A DNA stretch of 10,611 nucleotides from contig JAYUVP010000236.1 of NCBI GenBank assembly GCA_043753995.1, positions 1 through 10,611 of the forward strand, in the 5' to 3' direction. How positions within the stretch are numbered: position 1 is the stretch's first letter; every line of letters starts with the position of its first letter. The notes below the pieces were generated by a model. That model did no database searches. It worked only from the letters and a program-made list of their open reading frames with translations, and was not told where the DNA came from. This stretch comes from Fibrobacterota bacterium. Lineage in GTDB: Bacteria; Fibrobacterota; Fibrobacteria; UBA11236. The position numbers were made by a program, and so were the translations under genes. This document shows, piece by piece, positions 7,069 through 10,611 of this stretch.

Positions 7069-7072
7069 GATA

Positions 7073-7102
7073 AGAATAGTGGCCTGTCCCTGCTTTGGCC
7101 AA
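7073..7102 (-). promoter_or_regulatory. Candidate sigma70-like promoter for nnrS
   Basis: Minus strand TTGGCC (7102-7097), 18 nt, then TATTCT (7078-7073). The predicted start near 7066 falls inside the palindrome. Confidence 0.4.
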
Positions 7103-7117
7103 CCCTTTTGCCAAAGC
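7092..7117. repeat. Inverted repeat GCTTTGGC-N10-GCCAAAGC
   Basis: Perfect 8-bp arms (7092-7099 and 7110-7117), about 40 nt after the glycosidase stop. No U-tract follows on either strand. Confidence 0.6.
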
Positions 7118-7156
7118 GGCGCAAATTCTTGGAGCCAGATTCAGGGCTGATAAGCT

Positions 7157-9475
7157 CTAAAGCCAGGGTAAAAGGATTTCGTACTGGCTCAAATCCGATG
7201 GAAGTGGGGTTTCGGCGGTGCCTGGCACGCATAGGCGAATGAAGGGCGGAGCTTGATGCCAGTGGGCGGTCCATTGCACCTTCACTCCGGCGTCTTCGGC
7301 TTGAAAAAGCAGGGTCACCTTGCCGAAAGCCGTGGGCGCTGGCCCGAAACTCATTCCTTTACCTGACTTCAGCCATGGGGACAAAATTCCTTGGCCAAGA
7401 ATCAATCCCTCGCCTTCTTCGCGTACGAAAAGATTGCGCAAATAAATCAGCCATTCAGCGGCGGCCCAGACATGCTGTCCATCGCCCATGCATCCCCCAA
7501 GAGTGATAGGATGTATGGCTTCCGGCCACTGGCCCGTGGGTGAAGCGAGATCGGCGATGGCTTGGGCCAATTCCCCATGCCGGGCATCGCCTGAGCGCAA
7601 AAGCACTTGGGCCAAATGCAAGGTCAAATAAGGATTCAGTCCGGAGTGAATCATGTCCTGGAAAAAAGCCCCTTGGACTCGCTGATTGTCCATGAGCCAA
7701 TTCACCGTGGCTAAAAGCGACGGGTCCCGGGCATCGCCGAGTTGTAGTGGATAACCGAAAGCAATGGAGCCGACCGCTCCCGCATCCATGCGCCGATTCG
7801 GTGAGGCGGGAAGAGTCATGCCCAAGTTACGTCGGCTGCGGGCCAAGTCGAGACTTGCCCAAATGGCTTGATGCATTTCCCGGGCGCTTTGCGCAAAGCT
7901 CTCCGCCTCGTGATGAAGTCCGCGACGGGCACAAAGGGCGGCGGCGGCCTCAAGGCCAGCCTGGGACCAAAAGGCATCCCAGTAATAATGATCATTCGGC
8001 CCTAAATGTTCGGCGCTGAAACCTGCGGGCAGCAGTCCCACTACCGCAGCATCGGCGGAAGTGCGAACGCACTTCTGGACTATCCACTTGGCGCCGCGTA
8101 GGATGGCGTCATCGCTTAAATTCGCAACGCGCTTTTGACTGAAAACCTCGTAGCGATTGAGTATCCACAGGGCCTCGCCATTGCTATCCCATTCGCCGTC
8201 CTGGCTTAAAAAATATCCAGAAACCTTCTGATGATTGGCATAGCCCTCCAATACGGACGCCACGCGATCGGTCAATCCCATAACCAGCATTGCGTCGAGA
8301 ATAAAGGCGGCATCGCGAAACCAAAAACGACGATAGGTATACGGACCGGGAACAACAACGCCCCAAGGCGCATGCTGTAACAATGAATGCTGCGCAGCTT
8401 CATACAGAAAGGAAAATCGCGAGAAGGCAAACTCGAGGCGCGGTACGGAATCCAATTCTGCCCAGGGATGGGTTTTCGCCTTTGCACTGTGGGAAGACGT
8501 TGCCGAAGAATTTTGTTTTTGCAAGGGTAATAGTTTGCGTGTCTCTCCTGATAAATTCATAGTCGCGGTGACTTGCAGGGGCAAACCAACTGGAATGGCA
8601 AACCAGGCCGCCGCGGTGGCCAAACCTACGGAACAGCGGATTTCCGTGACCTCCTGCGACTGAGGCGGCAGGGTTTCGCCTTGCTGCTGCAGGCGCGACA
8701 AAACATCGCCATGGCCGTGATTGGAAAAATCCATCCTGTCCGGCGGCTTGGAAAAACGCACTTCGTCGCGACCGTCTATGCGCCACCCTTGTGAGTCGGG
8801 CAGGGATTGGATCCAGTCCACCAAGGCTATGCCTTCGGGATTATAAGGCCTCAAGCTGAGAATCAAAAAGGCGCCAGGCTCAGGGCTCACGGCCTGCACC
8901 GACCATTCCAAACAATCGCCTGCGGGGCTTCGCTTCACTTCGGCTCGACCCTTCAGGGTAAAGTTCTCCCAAGCGAAATCGGTTAGCACAGCGAAAGCGG
9001 GCGACAGGATTAACCTTTGTTCAGGTTGTTTCTCCTTGGACGGAATACACAGGCTGCCATCGGCTTTCAGCAAAACAGCTTCCAGAGACCAGCGATCATA
9101 AAAGGGTGTAATCAAGCCCGCGGCATCGACCAAGGGAAAGGTCGGGGAGTCAGGCAAGGCCACCGTCGTCCAATTGCGATGGGTCAAGTTGATATGGCTA
9201 AAGGAAAAGCCGCGTGGAATAAAGGAAGGATCGCGTGGATTGAATTGCCTTTGCACCCAAAAGGGCCAAATCCAATCCAGGTTGTATTGAATGGCGCGCG
9301 TATTCAATAAGCCCCGAGCGTGAAAGGCCGCACCGGCGCGCAATAACTCCAAAGGTTCGCCCACTTCGCTGGGTTGAGCAAAGCGACGCAGGCGATCGAG
9401 AAAATGCAAGGGGTCTAAAAAACCTTGACGCTTGGCCACCCAGCCCAGCAACCACCGCCACGGTAACCAATGCAT
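7157..9475 (-). CDS. Uncharacterised six-hairpin (alpha/alpha)6 glycosidase-like protein
   Basis: 772 aa. The N-terminal half is beta-rich and the C-terminal half helical, with PGPYTYRRFWFRDAA (WxRD motif seen in GH15-like six-hairpin enzymes), GEWDSNGEALW, SAEHLGPNDHYYWD, GQWPEAIHP and GDGQHVWAAAEW. There is no obvious Sec signal peptide. The CDS itself is secure; the function is inferred. Confidence 0.7.
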   Translation of the reverse strand: MHWLPWRWLLGWVAKRQGFLDPLHFLDRLRRFAQPSEVGEPLELLRAGAAFHARGLLNTRAIQYNLDWIWPFWVQRQFNPRDPSFIPRGFSFSHINLTHRNWTTVALPDSPTFPLVDAAGLITPFYDRWSLEAVLLKADGSLCIPSKEKQPEQRLILSPAFAVLTDFAWENFTLKGRAEVKRSPAGDCLEWSVQAVSPEPGAFLILSLRPYNPEGIALVDWIQSLPDSQGWRIDGRDEVRFSKPPDRMDFSNHGHGDVLSRLQQQGETLPPQSQEVTEIRCSVGLATAAAWFAIPVGLPLQVTATMNLSGETRKLLPLQKQNSSATSSHSAKAKTHPWAELDSVPRLEFAFSRFSFLYEAAQHSLLQHAPWGVVVPGPYTYRRFWFRDAAFILDAMLVMGLTDRVASVLEGYANHQKVSGYFLSQDGEWDSNGEALWILNRYEVFSQKRVANLSDDAILRGAKWIVQKCVRTSADAAVVGLLPAGFSAEHLGPNDHYYWDAFWSQAGLEAAAALCARRGLHHEAESFAQSAREMHQAIWASLDLARSRRNLGMTLPASPNRRMDAGAVGSIAFGYPLQLGDARDPSLLATVNWLMDNQRVQGAFFQDMIHSGLNPYLTLHLAQVLLRSGDARHGELAQAIADLASPTGQWPEAIHPITLGGCMGDGQHVWAAAEWLIYLRNLFVREEGEGLILGQGILSPWLKSGKGMSFGPAPTAFGKVTLLFQAEDAGVKVQWTAHWHQAPPFIRLCVPGTAETPLPSDLSQYEILLPWL

Positions 9476-9500
9476 ACCGATTTCCCTTCAGGGAAAAAAA

Positions 9501-9980
9501 TCAGAAGAAGAAACGCATGCCCAAACCAGCATGAATATCCACGCCAGCATTTGGGAAAATGACGGCGACCGGAGCCACTTCGAGAAAGAGATCGAGCGGG
9601 GCATCGGGAAATAAATATTCCAGGCCTCCGACTATGCGTACGCCCATGCCTACGCCTGGGCCGTCGCCGATTCCCACCGCGCCGCCCATGCCATAATAAA
9701 CCGGGAATTGTCCGCGGCTCACCGGGATGAGATTGTAATTGTGCCACACATAATCGCCGGTAAATGAGATGTAATCGTCGGCAAGACTCCAGCCGACACT
9801 GAAATCAAAGGCATTGGTGCGCCCTTGCCAGACCTTGGCCGTCAGGCCCGTGGGCTTTCCAATGACGGCGCCTATGCCAATACCTGAACCCGCGGCGGCA
9901 TGGCTGCTTTCGACCGCTAGACCCATAAGGCAAAGACCCAGGCTGAGACCCAATAAACTTTTTTTCAACCCTTTGCTCAT
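9501..9980 (-). CDS. Small outer-membrane beta-barrel protein (DUF3996-like)
   Basis: Start reassigned from 10001 to ATG 9980 because AAGGAG lies 6 nt upstream (159 aa). It has a Sec signal (MSKGLKKS, hydrophobic core, SHA). The mature part has alternating Gly/aromatic strands (GIGAVIGKPTGLTAKVW, VYYGMGG, GLEYLF, LDLFLEVAP) and a C-terminal beta-signal GLGMRFFF. Confidence 0.8.
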   Translation of the reverse strand: MSKGLKKSLLGLSLGLCLMGLAVESSHAAAGSGIGIGAVIGKPTGLTAKVWQGRTNAFDFSVGWSLADDYISFTGDYVWHNYNLIPVSRGQFPVYYGMGGAVGIGDGPGVGMGVRIVGGLEYLFPDAPLDLFLEVAPVAVIFPNAGVDIHAGLGMRFFF

Positions 9981-10039
9981 GACATTCTCCTTCATACTCA
10001 TTTAACTCCAACCAGCGGTTACCAAACCTCTTGGTAGCG

Positions 10040-10050
10040 AAATATATTTG
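10040..10050. promoter_or_regulatory. Palindromic, possibly bidirectional -10 element
   Basis: AAATATATTT (10040-10049) is self-complementary. The plus strand reads TATATTTG (10043-10050) and the minus strand reads TATATT (10046-10041). It lies between divergent genes. Confidence 0.45.
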
Positions 10051-10054
10051 CCTA

Positions 10055-10330
10055 GTGCTCCCTAGCCCCTTTTTCGAAAAGGCCATCTTGGCCATAGCCA
10101 TTTTCGCAGGCTTTACTTGGCTGCGTCGCCGTTCGCATCAAATGGACCCCGAAACCCGGATAAAGCCCATTATGATCGGCATGTTCGCCATCTTGCCGAT
10201 TCTCCTGTTTGCCGAGGCCAAGTGGCTACCCATGCTTCCTGTGGATGCGTGGTCGCTTTTTGCCATCAAATTGGCAGCCATAGGCTTGACTTTTTTCGGC
10301 ATAGGCCGATTTATCATCAAGCCCCAGTAA
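10055..10330 (+). CDS. Hypothetical small membrane protein (about 3 TM helices)
   Basis: Three hydrophobic stretches (AILAIAIFAGFTWL, IMIGMFAILPILLFA, LFAIKLAAIGLTFFGIG) with a basic RRR loop. It fills the gap between neighbouring genes. The ORF track starts it at TTG 10031. I prefer the in-frame GTG 10055 because it directly follows TATATTTG. Confidence 0.6.
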   Translation: MLPSPFFEKAILAIAIFAGFTWLRRRSHQMDPETRIKPIMIGMFAILPILLFAEAKWLPMLPVDAWSLFAIKLAAIGLTFFGIGRFIIKPQ

Positions 10331-10611
10331 CCCGCAGGTTAATAGACAGCCACTCCAGCCAACGCATCAGGCCACCCGCCCGCCTTTCGGCTGTGGCAGG
10401 AGCCAAATCATGATGGGCTAAAATACAAGCCGCGATGCGGGCTAGGCCGAGGGCTTCGGAGCGCAAGCCAGAAGCCAGCCAAGCTTCAAAAATTTCGCGA
10501 AACGTTATGTCTCTCAACATGCTTAGGAATACCGCTTCGCTCCGCTGAGCCCTGGTTCGGAATCCAGCCAGGATCAAGCCAGAGGGGGTCAAGGCATAGT
10601 GGCCATCGGTT
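10317..10611 (-). CDS. C-terminal part of a protein ending in a winged-helix-like domain (DUF7226-like, restriction-associated), truncated by the window edge
   Basis: The frame is open to the edge (TDGHYALTPSG...), so TTG 10592 is unlikely to be the true start. The pattern YALTPSG...R...V...ML....F...F...I...ATAERRAGGLMRWLEWL resembles the 'Y.LT..G ... ST..RRAST...W..W' tail I recall from putative type II restriction endonuclease families. Confidence 0.5.
   Translation of the reverse strand, partial: TDGHYALTPSGLILAGFRTRAQRSEAVFLSMLRDITFREIFEAWLASGLRSEALGLARIAACILAHHDLAPATAERRAGGLMRWLEWLSINLRVTGA

Noticed and set aside
7098..7114. Sigma54 promoter for nnrS (minus strand TTGGCAAAAGGGTTGGC)
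   Set aside because: The -24 half matches, but the -12 reads GG instead of the conserved GC. The sequence is better explained as part of the inverted repeat.
7047..7274. 75-aa minus ORF and 60-aa plus ORF (7060..7242) spanning the glycosidase-nnrS gap
   Set aside because: They overlap the glycosidase 3' end and run through the promoter/operator region. No RBS or protein-like features.
9635..9695. Short repeats (cgcccatgcc twice, tacgcc twice)
   Set aside because: Explained by Gly-Met-Gly and Gly-Val codons in the beta-barrel strands. Not a CRISPR or tandem array.
9981..10001. ORF-track start at 10001 for the OMP
   Set aside because: AAGGAG is optimally spaced for ATG 9980, which also gives a normal signal peptide n-region.
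10590..10592. TTG 10592 as the start of a 91-aa protein
   Set aside because: The frame stays open to the window edge, so this is most likely the tail of a longer gene.
5665..10611. Genomic island integrated at tRNA-Glu
   Set aside because: No integrase, no visible duplicate of the tRNA 3' end and no obvious compositional shift by eye. An att copy beyond the window cannot be excluded.

Overview
Bacterial chromosomal window, almost fully coding. Left, minus strand: a tightly packed operon of metallophosphoesterase, Rep/UvrD-family helicase, rlmH and a probable FAD-dependent oxidoreductase (cut by the left edge). It is divergent from a plus-strand pseudo-receiver/GAF/HD-GYP phosphodiesterase gene, which is followed by tRNA-Glu(UUC). 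Right, minus strand: a small outer-membrane beta-barrel (DUF3996-like), an uncharacterised 772-aa six-hairpin glycosidase-like protein and nnrS, the last preceded by a perfect palindromic operator-like site. At the right edge a small 3-TM protein gene converges with the 3' end of a gene whose C-terminus resembles a restriction-associated winged-helix domain. I found no CRISPR array, transposase, integrase or att duplication. No complete novel system is proven by the sequence alone. The best leads are: (i) the divergent pair of a cNMP-type-GAF HD-GYP enzyme and a metallophosphoesterase; (ii) the porin + orphan glycosidase + operator-controlled nnrS block; (iii) a promoter grammar mixing Bacteroidota-like TAnnTTTG elements, leaderless starts and Shine-Dalgarno sites; (iv) a Rep-like helicase with an altered GIG motif. 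All family assignments come from motif recall, not database searches.
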